DNA from: Aplysia californica
Taxonomy: Eukaryota
Reading direction: 5' to 3'
DNA: 64,000 nucleotides
NCBI RefSeq assembly: GCF_000002075.1
Contig: NW_004797355.1
Location: 1,166,602 to 1,230,601 of the forward strand
Shown: positions 13,401-26,600 of the stretch, one piece after another
How the letters are laid out: each line of letters starts with the position of its first letter
Numbering within the stretch: position 1 is the stretch's first letter
Translations under genes and position numbers: made by a program
Notes under the pieces: model-generated
Told to the model about the DNA's origin: nothing
Seen by the model: the letters and a program-made list of their open reading frames with translations, nothing else
Databases searched by the model: none

Positions 13401-16400
13401 TTAGACTTTTTCTGCTTTGGCTGCTTCGGTAGCTCTGTGTTAGCTTGTGGGGAGGCCAGGGACACAAGTGCGGTAGACGGGTCTGAACTGGCAAATATTT
13501 TCATCTTGAGACCTGCCGCCGGTAGGTCCAAACCAGACAGATCAGACTCGGAGAAGGACAAGTCCTCTGATGCAGACAAAGTCTCTGCTTTTACTTTCTT
13601 AGCCTTAGCTTTCGGTTTTGGTGTGGCTTTCTCTAGTTTCTCTTGAGGAGCCTTTTTCTTGCTTCCTTTTTTACCAGTCGATATCGCCTCGGGCGTACTT
13701 GCTGCACCTGCGGGGGTCAGTTTTGTGAGTGCATTGGTGCTGACAGCAGGCTTTGAGCCACTGGAGGGAGAGCTTAACAGGTACTTGATGACACTTTTTC
13801 CATCCTCCTTCCCTCCAGAGGCCTGATCCATCACTCCTGCCTCAGAGGAACTCTCAGTCTTCACTCCTGAAGATGTGATTGTGATGTTTGTCACCCCCTG
13901 TAAAATAAAATCACAAGAAAAATTTCACGATTTAAAACAGCAGTATCAATTTAATATAATAGAATTATTGTCATTATTTGTACAACAGTGACTTAAAGCC
14001 AATGTTCTATTTACATTCCTTATTTCTTAGATAAAAAAGACAACAGATGACTGAACTTGATCGACTAAAGCAGCCATCGTCCTGTAAAAGGGTAAAATAA
14101 ATAGTAAAAGAGTCATTTATATAAGCATAAGAAAATACAAAAAGAAAAAATATTTGGAACAATAGACTTTCATTTTGACTTTTTATCTAAATTTCATTAA
14201 AAATTAGCAAAACCTTAGAATGTAATGAAAGCATTTGAACAATGATTTGCTCTTTCATAAAAGCTTGTCTTAGACAAAATGTAGTGAAGGTAAAAGATAT
14301 GAAGAGTGTGTAACGTAAGATGAAGAAGTACATGGTAACACGAGAAACAACTAGCACAATCACCAAACCCCAGTGCGGAGCAGCAGACCAAACTGTGAAA
14401 CACATCCTCTAGCAGTGTAAGAAACATAGAGCCCTGAGCAGGAACTGCAGCCAACCCAATTAGCACTACAGGAAAAGTTATATGGGCCAACAGAAAAACT
14501 GAGCAGGAGGGCCCAGCATATGATAGATTACGGTTTTGTTTGTTTGTTTGTTTGTTTCAATAAAGAGAAAAACACTGACAAAATAAGGGTCATTTAGTGT
14601 TGAAAAAAGGTATGACAGACAGTCAAACATGAATAAGAGAGGGAAAGTAAAAATGTAGGAGGCATATTATAAGATTCTCATAAATTTCGTAACCACATTC
14701 TACTCAAGTCTACTCATGAAGCATTATCAACAGATCAGCCACACTCACAGGAGCAGTCAACAGGCTGTTTGGTGGCAGCGACACAAGATTTTGTTTGACA
14801 GGCTGACCGGGCGAGGTCTGAGTCTCCAACTTGAAAGCCACTTTCTGCGTCTTTGTTGAAACTGGAGTTGTCTCGATGGGCACTAAGCCAGCAGCCTTTG
14901 TGGTTTTCGTCTTCTTGGTTGAGCCTGACGGCCGTTCAGGAACTGGCTCTGGCTCTTCAGGTAAACTGGGAAAACCTGGTTGTGCTCCTTTTGGTGTTTT
15001 CCCTTTCTTTGTTGTGTGGTGGGTCTTTTCTGCTTGCTCAAACTCTTCCATCTCCAAAACTTTTGCAGACTTTTTACGGACCTGTCAAACAGAAAATTGA
15101 AACGAAATGATATAAAATGAAAAAATGGAAAGAAACATCATCTATCAAAATGAGAGAGAAAATCGGACTGACTGACTGACACATGATAATATAAGACACA
15201 CTCGTGAAGATGGCAGATTTAATAATTGACTTGACACCTCAAAGAAAACGAAGCTGAAAAACCAATACTTCTAAAAATGTAATTCTAAGCAGAACAATAT
15301 CATGTAGTTGGTGATTATTTCTGGATTAAACAGTCTTTATAAAAATGGAATCTTCTGTTTAAAGGATCATCATGACTATCTTCTAAATTGATCAAAATTT
15401 CAAAAAGATAGCGTCTATTCTCTTTGATGTTGGCAAAATCATTTGGAACAAAAAGCTCATTTACAAACTATTTGCATCATGAATAAAAACTTCCTCACTA
15501 AGCTGCTTTTATCAACCAATAGTACTAAATGAACAGTAAGAAAAAAGGCTACAAAGAGGAAGCATTTTGTGCACTTTTGGACTGCTTACCCTGCCAGTTC
15601 TTCCGCCTCCACTGTCATCGGGGTCATCTCTAAACATCTTTGCCGGAGGTCCTGCTGAGCAATGAAAATAAAAATTAAATGATAGTGGGCTCCTTAATTT
15701 AATTAACTTGTCAATAAAGAGTTGAAGTTCTTATAAAAAATTAGATGCTAAGTATACAAATGATGTCCAACTATATGAAATCCGTAACAAGCGGACCACC
15801 TCAACAAACACAAGAAAGAATTTAGACCTCTAGAACCCTGACCCCACCCCTCTAACCCAAATCCTCTACATAGTCTACTCTATAGTCTATAGGCCAACAC
15901 TCTATTTCATAGAGGTCGCTCGTTACGGAATTCCTCCCAAAAAATCTAAGACATGGTTTTTCTTTCCTGGTCTATTTAATTGAGTCACACCACTGCTACT
16001 GCTTTCAAATAACTACTGTGAAATATTATCTTTCCTGAATTGTCTGTTCTTCTAGCTTTTAGTTCATGTACGGAACAGTACTCTCTCTAATTGACACTCA
16101 ATTCAATGCTGAAAGGAAGGACTTGGCTATCCTCACCAGGGGTGAGAACAGCCGGTGTCTCGCTATTCTCACCCCCCCCCCTCATGCCTTTGAATGTGCC
16201 TATCAACCGAAAGGGTTTTGGTTTACAGTAGGCTTATAGTATAGCACAGAAACACACAGAATAGACAGCTCAGAGAATAAGTTGAGCAGGCCTAGATTCT
16301 AGACATGATGTTTCAGGTTTAGTTATTTAAAGGGTTGGGTGAAAGCCATTTCACACCATGATCAGCAAAAAACATTGAATCCCCTCCCCCAAATAAAAAA

Positions 16401-18104
16401 AAACCCACCCAAAAAACGAGCAATGCTTATGATGCAAGAACGAAAGGTCAAGAACAGAACATTTTGGTGTTTTTTTCTGATGTACTCATTCTCTTAAATT
16501 ATAGTTTTATTTTAAGAAGTCTGTTTGATAAAAAAAACAAATTAAGTCTATAGTCTATGGCAATGGTCAGCAGTTGGCAAACATGAGGAAACAAGCACTC
16601 ACGAGTCATTTCCCAACCACATACGGTAGGCCACCTAGGGCCTAGGAGATTTTATCGGCCTGCGAGAGGTCAGGAGTGAGTCCTCACTTCATGTCCACTC
16701 CAGGGTGGGGGTGAGACATTGGGTCATGAGCTATTCTAACCAGAATATACACAAGGCCAGCTCTATTCCGACTCCAGTCCGATCAGACTTTTTATCTATT
16801 CAGACTTGAGTCCGAATATACTTTATCTATTCAGACTCAGGTCTGAAAATTTTTTAAATTTATATTCGGACTCAGCTTCTCTAAGTGAGTTTATAAAACG
16901 AAGTGTTAAGTACGGCTAGACTGCCAGTCTAGCCGTACTTAGATCTGGGTTTGGCCCAACTGTAAAGTACACAGGTCTCATTAGATCTAGATTTAGTAAT
17001 TATTCAGGTTCAAATACATGCAAGTCAGTAAGGCACCTTTTGGTTTTGTCTGAAATACAAATACTTTAGGCAATGCGAACTAAAAATTTCATTTACAATT
17101 CAACCATCAATATTAAGTACGNNNNNNNNNNNNNNNNNNNNNNNNNNNNNNNNNNNNNNNNNNNNNNNNNNNNNNNNNNNNNNNNNNNNNNNNNNNNNNN
17201 NNNNNNNNNNNNNNNNNNNNNNNNNNNNNNNNNNNNNNNNNNNNNNNNNNNNNNNNNNNNNNNNNNNNNNNNNNNNNNNNNNNNNNNNNNNNNNNNNNNN
17301 NNNNNNNNNNNNNNNNNNNNNNNNNNNNNNNNNNNNNGACTGTGTAATTGTGCCGAAAGTCAAAAGACTGCACTCTCATTCATTGCCCAATATGCCAATG
17401 GCAGTGTCTAAGTATGACTTGGCTATTCGAACTCGAGTCCGAACAGCCGCTGGAGGCTATTCGGACTCAAATTCAAGTGCGCATGCGCAATCACAGGTTG
17501 TACCGTAAGCAAGGTCTATACTAGTAGTCTCCCATTGCAATTCGAACTTTATACAATTGGTAACTGGTAGCACTGGTAGGCTATTACACTACTTTTCACG
17601 ACTACAAAGGGATCAAAACATCATAAAATTCATTAATCAGTCCTTATAAATAAGACAGCCCTTTCTCTCTCTCTCTCAGGCCCACCCCACCACCTTCACC
17701 CCCTTTTTTTGCATATAGATCTATAAATAATCCCTCCCACACCGTTGCCCACTGCCCGGCCTTTCTATTATTAATCCTTTGTAATAAAGAAAAGACCACA
17801 GTTCGCACTGGGTCATCACGGTCGGCGTCCTTTTTTTTGTCAAGTAAGTTCCTTGGCCAGATAATAGAAACCAAGGAAGGCCAAAGTCGAATTACTTGTC
17901 TGTTTCACATCTGGTACACCTAAATCTAGTCATTGTGCACGCACATAGGAGTTTGAGTCCGAATAGCTGCGTCTCACTCTCAGTACATGGTAACCAAACT
18001 CAGAACAAGACCTAGGCTAAAATTATAATGAAACTGATCACATTCATATAGGCTAATCCATGGTCCATACCATCTAAAAACATGTCACTGTCTCTCTTTG
18101 ACAT
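4459..18104 (-). CDS. HMGXB4: HMG box-containing protein 4 (HMGXB4/HMG2L1-like), 12 coding exons, ~682 aa
   Basis: Exons in transcript order, all GT-AG and phase-consistent: 18071-18104, 15590-15654, 14749-15081, 13195-13897, 12548-12659, 10404-10531, 10068-10102, 7781-7883, 6898-6962, 5883-6089, 5202-5297, 4459-4626 (2049 nt). HMG box [12 protein letters not shown]...[23 protein letters not shown]-terminus [54 protein letters not shown]...[12 protein letters not shown] matches the recalled vertebrate HMGXB4 C-terminus. The first exon and start codon are less certain than the rest. Confidence 0.93.
6164..6376. mobile_element. piggyBac-like MITE (inverted relative of 4131-4446) with a nested 60-bp retroposon tail
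   Basis: TTAACTCTTTAT...ATAAGGAGTTAA. Nested insert 6200-6259 flanked by 11-bp duplication AAACCCACTAT. Confidence 0.6.
7102..7395 (-). mobile_element. Family A TIR element, copy 3 (partial, inverted)
   Basis: Matches the 2750-3068 part of copy 2; one TIR retained. Confidence 0.8.
9264..10025 (+). mobile_element. Family A TIR element, copy 4 (extra internal segment ~9385-9720)
   Basis: Both TIRs present; internal similarity to copy 1. Confidence 0.8.
10646..11812. mobile_element. hAT-like non-autonomous DNA transposon
   Basis: TIR CAGACCTGCCACTC / GAGTGGCAGGTCTG with repeated subterminal AAATC(A/G)GGAT motifs; target duplication imperfect. Confidence 0.7.
14330..14530 (+). mobile_element. 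LINE ORF2 C-terminal remnant (Cys/His knuckle region)
   Basis: Translates [22 protein letters not shown]...[12 protein letters not shown]; related remnant at 61860-62082. Confidence 0.55.
16708..17980. mobile_element. Probable foldback/MITE-type element with repeated TATTCGGACTC motifs (spans an assembly gap)
   Basis: Ends GTGAGAC...GCTATTC / GAATAGCTGCGTCTCAC; repeated GACTCGAGTCCGAATA-type motifs at 16760-16875, 17420-17470 and 17950-17970. Confidence 0.45.
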
Positions 18105-18109
18105 CTCTC

Positions 18110-20624
18110 TGGAGGAATGGCTGTAGAAGACTGTGTAGACTGTAGGCTGTAGGTTAGCAGATATGTGTTGCAGCTGGATGCCAACACCACACACTGAGAC
18201 TGTGGAGAAAGGCAGGCAGTATTTAACTCTAGATCTAGATCTAGATCTAGTCTTGGAGTAGGAACTCAATTATCACCAAACTAGATCTAGATCTAGAGAT
18301 CTTATCTAATCTAGATTGTAGATATCGACTCAACTCTGCCAATCCACACACACACCACGCACAGTCGTTGTTTGTTTGTGTTGTTGGAGAGGGAGAGACT
18401 GATGACGATGAGACGATGAGATTCAATCAGACTTTTATCAGAGACAGAATTCAAGATAACGTCTCCACAAATTGAAAGCCTCAGATTATGCTAAGTGCAA
18501 ATAATTCAAACAGTTTTAACAGGAGTAATATTTGGCACACAACTCAATTGCAATTACAAAAACAAAACTCAACGATGTTTGTACAGAATTCAAATCTTTG
18601 GCGTTGTTGTTCGGAGTTCAGAGCGTTCCCGGCCGTTCCCCTCTTGCTACAGCTAAAATCATTCTTTACTGCTGAAAACTGGTACTGGTAGGTATTGATC
18701 TAGGCCTAGGTTGGTTTTTAAATTATTAAGTTATTATTTAGATTCACAAGTTTCATCAAGCAAGTTTAGTTAATGAGGAGTTTTTAAAAAGTGCAATGAA
18801 AAATAATAAAGATAGTGTCAACCCCCCCCCCCCCACATATACACTGAATGGCCTAAACTTGAGAAATAAACCCATCTCCAAATCATAGGCCTATGGCTTT
18901 ACTACATGATTAGGCAGGCATATAATATTGTCTTCGTTTTATACCGCACGAACTGGGCCATTGGTAAAACTCAGGTTTGACATTTAATTTAATAATTTGA
19001 CAAAGAAGAAGAAAGTAAAAGTAGAAAGTAAGTCAGCCGACCGAGGCCAAGGGCCAGAGGAATTAAGAAGTAGCGGAGGTTCAAGTTCAAGGGTCGAGAG
19101 GCAAGTCCTTATTATACTGCAGTTTCAGCCATAGCCTAACATGAATTATTACCATTTTTTGTCAGCCTTTAGAGACTGTAGTCTACGAAGTCTACTATAT
19201 CTATCCAGGCCAAGGCAAGGTCTTGCCTACATCTCTAATAATTTGAGGCAAGCATCGTGATTGACGCAAGGCAAGGCAATAGCAACAGTAATAGCTCTGG
19301 AATAGCATGAAATTCATGCACACACAATCAATTTTATGTCTTTCTACATTCTGCACATTCACATTCTTTCCCCAACGAGTAATAAAGGCCCTTTAAACTT
19401 CTCTCCGTCAATAAATTGTAGTAATATTATTAGAATCTAGTAATACTTTTGTAATAAAAATGATGATGTGCTGGGGTAAGCATGCCAGTTTGTCACAGGC
19501 CTCGACTGTGCCCTGCATGATGGAGGTTATCACTGGCACTCTCAAAAAGAGTAAACGAATGATTGATTGATTCTTGTGAATTGAATTGTATTTTTCAATT
19601 GTTTTTTACGAAAGAACATTCACCGTTGAAATTTTTCAGAGCAATTTGCTTTGATTTGCATATAGAATCTATATACACAAAAATGAAGAAATATTGTACA
19701 ACACTGTGAGCTGAATTGACATTTTAGATGAGGGGCTATCTCTACACCACCAATTTGAAAGGGGAGAATAAATAACTTAAGTACAGCTTTAAAGCGCTGT
19801 AATTATGACAGTCATCAATACTCAANNNNNNNNNNNNNNNNNNNNNNNNNNNNNNNNNNNNNNNNNNNNNNNNNNNNNNNNNNNNNNNNNNNNNNNNNNN
19901 NNNNNNNNNNNNNNNNNNNNNNNNNNNNNNNNNNNNNNNNNNNNNNNNNNNNNNNNNNNNNNNNNNNNNNNNNNNNNNNNNNNNNNNNNNNNNNNNNNNN
20001 NNNNNNNNNNNNNNNNNNNNNNNNNNNNNNGTTTGTTCCCTTGTGTGACACCTCTATAATGATAATCTTCGGCTCTTATATGACCTTATTGTGTTGCAAG
20101 TGCCATAAAACTCTTACGAAAAAAAATTAATTTCGTCCTCCTTAAAAGGAAAAATAACCTTTCTATTTCATACTCTCTTGGATCAGTCAGGGTCGTGAGA
20201 AAACAAAACTGGGAAAAGTCCCAAGTTGTCTTTCTTGTACCATATATGACTACTCGGATAGGCTTTGAACTAAATTGTTGAAAGTTCTTTTAGGCCTACT
20301 ATAGGGGTGTCCACAGTATCAGTGTCAGGAGCATCACTACGAAATAAAGACCAAAGCAAAGATGCAAAGTGATGAGATTCGCTTTAAATTTCTCTATTAG
20401 TTTGTAGCGTTATATGTGGTTGGTATTGATTATATTGTGCTTTTCAATTTTTTTCAGTGTGAAGACAAATGTATCATATGCGTCCATTCTCATTCCTTTC
20501 TCCTATCGCACTTTGTTTTGAATTTCATTAAAGTTTTTTTCTGAGTGTACATAATATTATCCTGACTTTTTTATTTTTGCAAAAAAAATTAAAAAATTAA
20601 TGCTTTTTATTTTCTTTGATACAG
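18110..20624. promoter_or_regulatory. Probable bidirectional promoter and non-coding first exons of HMGXB4 and FGGY
   Basis: Divergent ATGs are 2.6 kb apart. Both ATG exons have an upstream acceptor (18109-18110 on -, 20623-20624 on +), implying non-coding first exons. A candidate FGGY 5' exon at ~18600-18691 ends at GTAGGT/GTATTG. Start sites are inferred only. Confidence 0.5.
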
Positions 20625-20693
20625 CTTCCATTTCTGCATCGCTGGAACTTGTCTTTTGAAAATTCTTTACAGAGTTTTATAGGGTCTGACAGT

Positions 20694-23600
20694 ATGCCTA
20701 AGTCAAGGTTTTATGTTGGAGTAGATGTGGGAACGTCAAGCGTCAGGGCTGCAGTGGTTGATGACCAGGGAACTGTTCTTGGTAGCAGCGTCAAAGCCAT
20801 CAGAATCTGGAATGATCAGCCAGACTTTTATGAACAGTCATCAGAAAATATATGGAGTTGCATCATTTCTGCTGTTCGAGTGAGGACATCAATATTCAAA
20901 TTCGTTTATAAATATAAGAATCTCCATAGATTAAGAAAATATATATTCAGTGGAGTCCACTTATAACGGGTCCTGAAGTAAGGAGAAGTCTGTTATAAAG
21001 ACACTATTCTAAAACCTCGTTTTTTCCCCCTCTTTATCTTTGTAAATAAAATACTGCTATAGCGCAATCAGACAAACATGCGAGTCGGTTATAGCGGAAT
21101 ATTGCTGCTGCTGTACACAACGCACAGGCCAGTAGTTATATAAAACCTCGCCAGTTGAGAAACTTGTTGGTGATCTAGCGAAACCAAGGGCCTTACAACT
21201 CCTTGAGTGAAACAAAGAAAGGAAGAGCCCACATGAGCCAACAATAAAGGCTGGAGCGAATGAGTGGGGAGGGTGTGGCATGCACAGACAAACGGAACGC
21301 TTCGCATGATAGGCCAGCCTTAATTGTCTAGATTATCTAGGCCTACCATGCCTCTCACTTCTCTGATGTGGGGATGGAGAGGTCACAGTTCTGTGATGGA
21401 TGGAGCGAATATGTGACGTGTGCAAGCAGACAGAACGCATAACAGGATGTGGTGGGGTGGGGAACAACACAGCGAGCGAGCGAGTTAGGCTAGAGCCCTT
21501 ACTTTCTGACCGCCAACGCCAAGCTGTCAACATCGCTAGCTCTAGAGAAAGAAACCTGATTCGATTTTTTATCAAATAAGACCTAGAGGTCATGTTGAAC
21601 AAAATCATCATCAGGGGAGACGGACCTAACAAAAAGAAAAAAACAGAACACCAAACTAATAGATAAGCCAAGGCCTACTTTATTATTTCCTTTGAATATA
21701 TTACTGGATCCCTGGTAACGAGAATCCTGCTATAATGAACGTTTCGCACCTGTCCCCTCCCTCTCGTTATAACAGGATTCCACTGTATATATATTTATAT
21801 ATATNNNNNNNNNNNNNNNNNNNNNNNNNNNNNNNNNNNNNNNNNNNNNNNNNNNNNNNNNNNNNNNNNNNNNNNNNNNNNNNNNNNNNNNNNNNNNNNN
21901 NNNNNNNNNNNNNNNNNNNNNNNNNNNNNNNNNNNTATGTGTGTGTATGCAAAATGTTATGTTCATACGAGTATTATAATGTTAAATTCTTTGGAAAGTT
22001 TTAAACTTTTTACTGAAGAAATTATTTACACTAACACATTTTCTGATTTTAGTGCTAAGGCAAGAAAATAATGTGTTTGCCTTAGGGAGCGATCCTTGCA
22101 AAGGTCTTCACTATGATAAAAAAATATATGACATATTATTTTGAAAAAGCCACAATTTAAAAATCCAGTTGGCAACTGAACCCACTGCTTGATATTTTTG
22201 CGTATTTGTTTTAATTTTCGACGAAAGGTAAAGGTTCATAGATGATTGATTTATCACTTTGAATGCATGCTTAGGGAATTTCAGAAATGACTAATTTTTG
22301 TCGATGAGGAACTCAATAGATCACTTACTAAGATCATATATATATATATATATATATAAATATATGTATCCTTTGGTAATTGTCAATTGTCTATAAAAAT
22401 TGAAACTAATGTCTTTTTCAGGACGTCATGAAAGAGTGCAAAGTTGACCAAGCAAATATCAAAGGAATTGGTTTTGATGCAACATGCTCCATGGTTGTCC
22501 TTGATGCAAATTTTCAACCCCTTTCAGTTTCTCCCAATGGTAAATTCTTTGTGTTTGTTGAAAATGAAAATTAATTGTTACTACTTATCTGGAGTTTTGT
22601 GTCATTATTCTTGAATCCTCTCAATAAAAAAAAGACAGCCCAAAACCCAACTTTATTTTTGTCATTTGAGATTATATGGGCGAGGGAAGTCAATATTTAT
22701 GACATCGTCTGTCGGCGGAGCGGGAAGAGGATATAGTTGGCTTCAGAAGAACTAAAATAGATGTTAACCGATTGCTAATATAGAAATATGACGCCTGTTG
22801 GAGAGGTGTTTAAGATAAAATGTCTCCTACCCTAGTGATTCAATTCATATTTACACTGATGGGTCAGCCTTCAAGGGAACTATTAATGCAGGCTTTGGGG
22901 TAAGAATAGAACATTCTGACAAAACATGTGAAGAACTATTTGATGCTTTTGGTTCTTCTTGTACAAATTACGAGGCAGAGGCCATCGCCATTGAAGCAGC
23001 AATCTTCCACCTAACCCACATTTTCATTATATATCCAGACAAAATCAAGGACACTGTTATCTTCACAGACAGAAAATCAGTACTCCAAGCTTTGGAAAAC
23101 ATGAATTTCGAAAGCCCAGCCTGCCTATCTGTGGCTCAAATAATCAACACCTTCATACAGGCCTATGCCGTCGACCTGACTGGATACCTGGACACAGCAA
23201 TATCCAGGGAAACAACATAGCAGACACCCTTGCCAAGAAGGGAGCATCACAAACACAACCTCAAAACCCAGTGTCACAACAGACAGTCAAGGACATCATC
23301 AAATGTGTGATGTCAGGGGACAAGATAATTAGGGGAGTGGCACGCCCTTGGATGACGTCAAGAGTCCGGCGCGAAATAGGCAGACATCGTCTGAGACACT
23401 CACTGAGGTATTCAGTCGAACTCAGGACCACGACGAGGCAACATTTATCTTGGACGGGGGCCCCCTGACAGACCCGACTCATCGGACCGCCAGGTAACTT
23501 TACACAAATGTAACAGTACACACCAGGGAACAGTGGCTGAATGGTTGGGCAATGGGCAAAACTGGAAGAAATGCATTTGCACACATGACTGCTCCCAACT

Positions 23601-26600
23601 CAAAAGATGAACTAAATTCCCTGAGTAGAAGAGAACAAGTCGCTATCTTTCATCTGGGAACACAACACATCCCACTGAATTCCTACCTAAANNNNNNNNN
23701 NNNNNNNNNNNNNNNNNNNNNNNNNNNNNNNNNNNNNNNNNNNNNNNNNNNNNNNNNNNNNNNNNNNNNNNNNNNNNNNNNNNNNNNNNNNCTTCACAGA
23801 CAGAAAATCAGTACTCCAAGCTTTGGAAAACATGAATTTCGAAAGCCCAGCCTGCCTATCTGTGGCTCAAATAATCAACACCTTCATACAGACCTATGCC
23901 GTCGACCTGACGTCCCAATATCCAGGGAAACAAAATAGCAGACACCCTTGCCAAGAAGGGAGCATCACAAACACAACCTCAAAACCCAGTATCACAACAG
24001 ACAGTCAAGGACATCATCAAATGTAACACCAGGGAACAGTGGCTGAATGGTTGTGCAATGGGCAAAACTGGAAGAAATGCATTTGCACACATGACTGCTC
24101 CCAACTCAAAAGATGAACTAAATTCCCTGAGTAGAAGAGAACAAGTCGCTATCTTTCATCTGGGAACACAACACATCCCACTGAATTCCTACCTAAATAG
24201 GATCCGCAAGGATACTCCACCCGACTGCCCGTTGTGTGACTGCCAGGATAAACAGTATCACACCACCTCTTTACCTGCTCTGCACTTAGCGACCTGCGCA
24301 GTACCTTCCTACCTGTCTCCCCAGACATCGGAAATACTCTATACAACAACAAAACACAGCTCATATAAGCCTGCAATTTCTTTACCATATTGACAGGCCG
24401 AAGGGTTTGAACTCAAATGGCCGCTGGATTGGAAAAGTAAAGTAAAGTAAGTAAAGATGACATTTCATCTGTTCTTCTTTGCCCGTGTTTAAGTTTTCAT
24501 TGACGAACTTCTATTGCCATGAAAGTGTCATTGCTGTACAAAATAAAATGCTTGCTAAATTTTGCTAGTTTATTTTCTCATGTAGGGGAAAGACAGCAGA
24601 ACATCATCATGTGGATGGATCATCGAGCTAAGAAGGAAGCAGAGTTCATCAACTCTACCAAACATCCTGTGCTAGATTCCGTTGGTGGAGTTATGTCACT
24701 GGAAATGCAGACCCCTAAATTAATGTGGATTAAAAAGGTATGGTTATCCTTAAACATATGTTTATTATTTGTTACCTATCGTGTGTATTCTTTTTTTGTA
24801 AAAAGAGGTGAAGGGCCATTGTGGATGTATTCTGAGAAATCAGTTACAGTGATTTGAGTGATGTGAATGAAGAGAGGCACTTTTGAGATAGACAGATTAG
24901 TTGGAAGGAAGAGTTCCTCTTACGTATAAATGTATATTTGTATTCTGCTGCGAGTTGCATTTTAAACTTAGGTGAAGTGTTAGGTTCTATTTAAGGCTCC
25001 CAAAAAGCCTGTAGGATTGACTTTGAATGTGTATTGGGGCTGGACGAGTACCCGGGTAGTTACTCGGGTACCCGGGTAAAGAGCTCGAAACCAGCTACCC
25101 GGGTATTGGTGTCGGGTACCCGTGTTTTCTACTCCCCTTTGTTAATACTATGCAAATGCACTTAAATTATGTCCCTTCCTTCGAACCTCATTAAGTACTG
25201 AATACTTATCGTCTTAGTCTATACAGTACTCGATATTGGCCAATGAAGTACCACTACATGTACCTCCTCTCCCTGGAAACCAGCAGACCACATAAAAGGC
25301 CACATTTGGGCAGGTTATAAGAAAGTTTCCAAGAATCAATCAGATACTTTGCTAGGGTTAGGCCTATAGTTTTAATTTTAGTGTCCTTATTATATACGGG
25401 AGCAACTTGTGTTTTGTTCTAAGAATCCAAGGGAGAAGCGGAAAATTTCTAAGAATTATGTGAAGTAAAATATTTAAATAGCTCTGGCTTTGTCATTTTA
25501 GCACAGTCTTTATCAAGATGTCTTTAAAAAAGTCAAACGCTTGGGATTACTTTGAGAAAATAAAAGAAGAAAAATCGCCTCCTGCAACATCTGCAAAAGC
25601 ATGATAAAAGTTGACGGGTCTTCAACTTCAAACCTCTTAAAGTATTAGAAGGGAAAACACGCAAATAAGATGACTAGCAGGCAGAGCATCACAGAAACAC
25701 TATGTGATAATTGGAATGTCGGGTACCTGACCTGGGTACTTGGGTATTTTTTTTCATTACCCAGGTATTACCCTGATACCCAATTACCCGTTGGCCTATA
25801 ATCCCAGCCTTAATGTGTACACTATTTTTCTCTGTTTTTGCCTCTGTTTCTTCAGCATCTTGCTCAGACATGGGCTGAAGCTGCTCACTTTTTTGATTTG
25901 CCTGACTTCCTTACTTGGAGAGCTACAAATAGCTTGAGTAGGTAAGTTTGTTAACTTTGTTGTGTGCAGTGAACAAGAATTTTTAGATTTTTAGCCTTAG
26001 CTGTGTTAAATGCTTTTCTGTCGCATTTGTACCTGTGTACTCCTTCTGAATGAATAAATAGCTTTTAAACTACAACATTGCATTTTTTTAAAGGAATTTA
26101 TAAAAATTGGACTTGTGCAAAATGAAATTTGTTTGGTAATTGTCATTTCTTGGTGGTATTGATGTTCTAGTGGCTAGGCGAACATGCTTGTAATGCTGAG
26201 ATAGTGGGTTCGGAGGTTCGAGCCTCAGCTTGGTCTGACTCTGTTTCATCAAGAAAAACTCAGAAAATGAAATAAACATTCATGTTGCAAAAGAGATAAA
26301 TATAGTTAATGGAGAATCACTTCGACAGACTGAATCAAATAACGTCTCTAAAGATGAAGCAGCTGGATGGATTGTTGACCCACCTTAACTTAATAAGACA
26401 ATGTTGTGACAGCCATTCACAGGAGAAACCAAGTGTGAAAACTGACCTGATGTTAAAATTCATTGTTGCTATTTAATTTTTCCACAACCTCATTCACTTG
26501 TGAGCATTTTAGTGTTTAATATACACTTGTACGTCATGTTATAGTTCGGTTTATAGTAATTTTATAGTAACAAAGAAATGACAAATTAAACTGTGACTCA

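Noticed and set aside
17896-17919. 24-nt in-frame HMGXB4 microexon (AG...GTAATT)
   Set aside because: Phase-compatible, but it lacks a pyrimidine tract and lies inside a putative transposon; unsupported without RNA data.
3052-23938. ORFs containing X runs
   Set aside because: Artefacts of N gaps at 3093-3238, 17122-17337, 19826-20030, 21805-21935 and 23692-23791.
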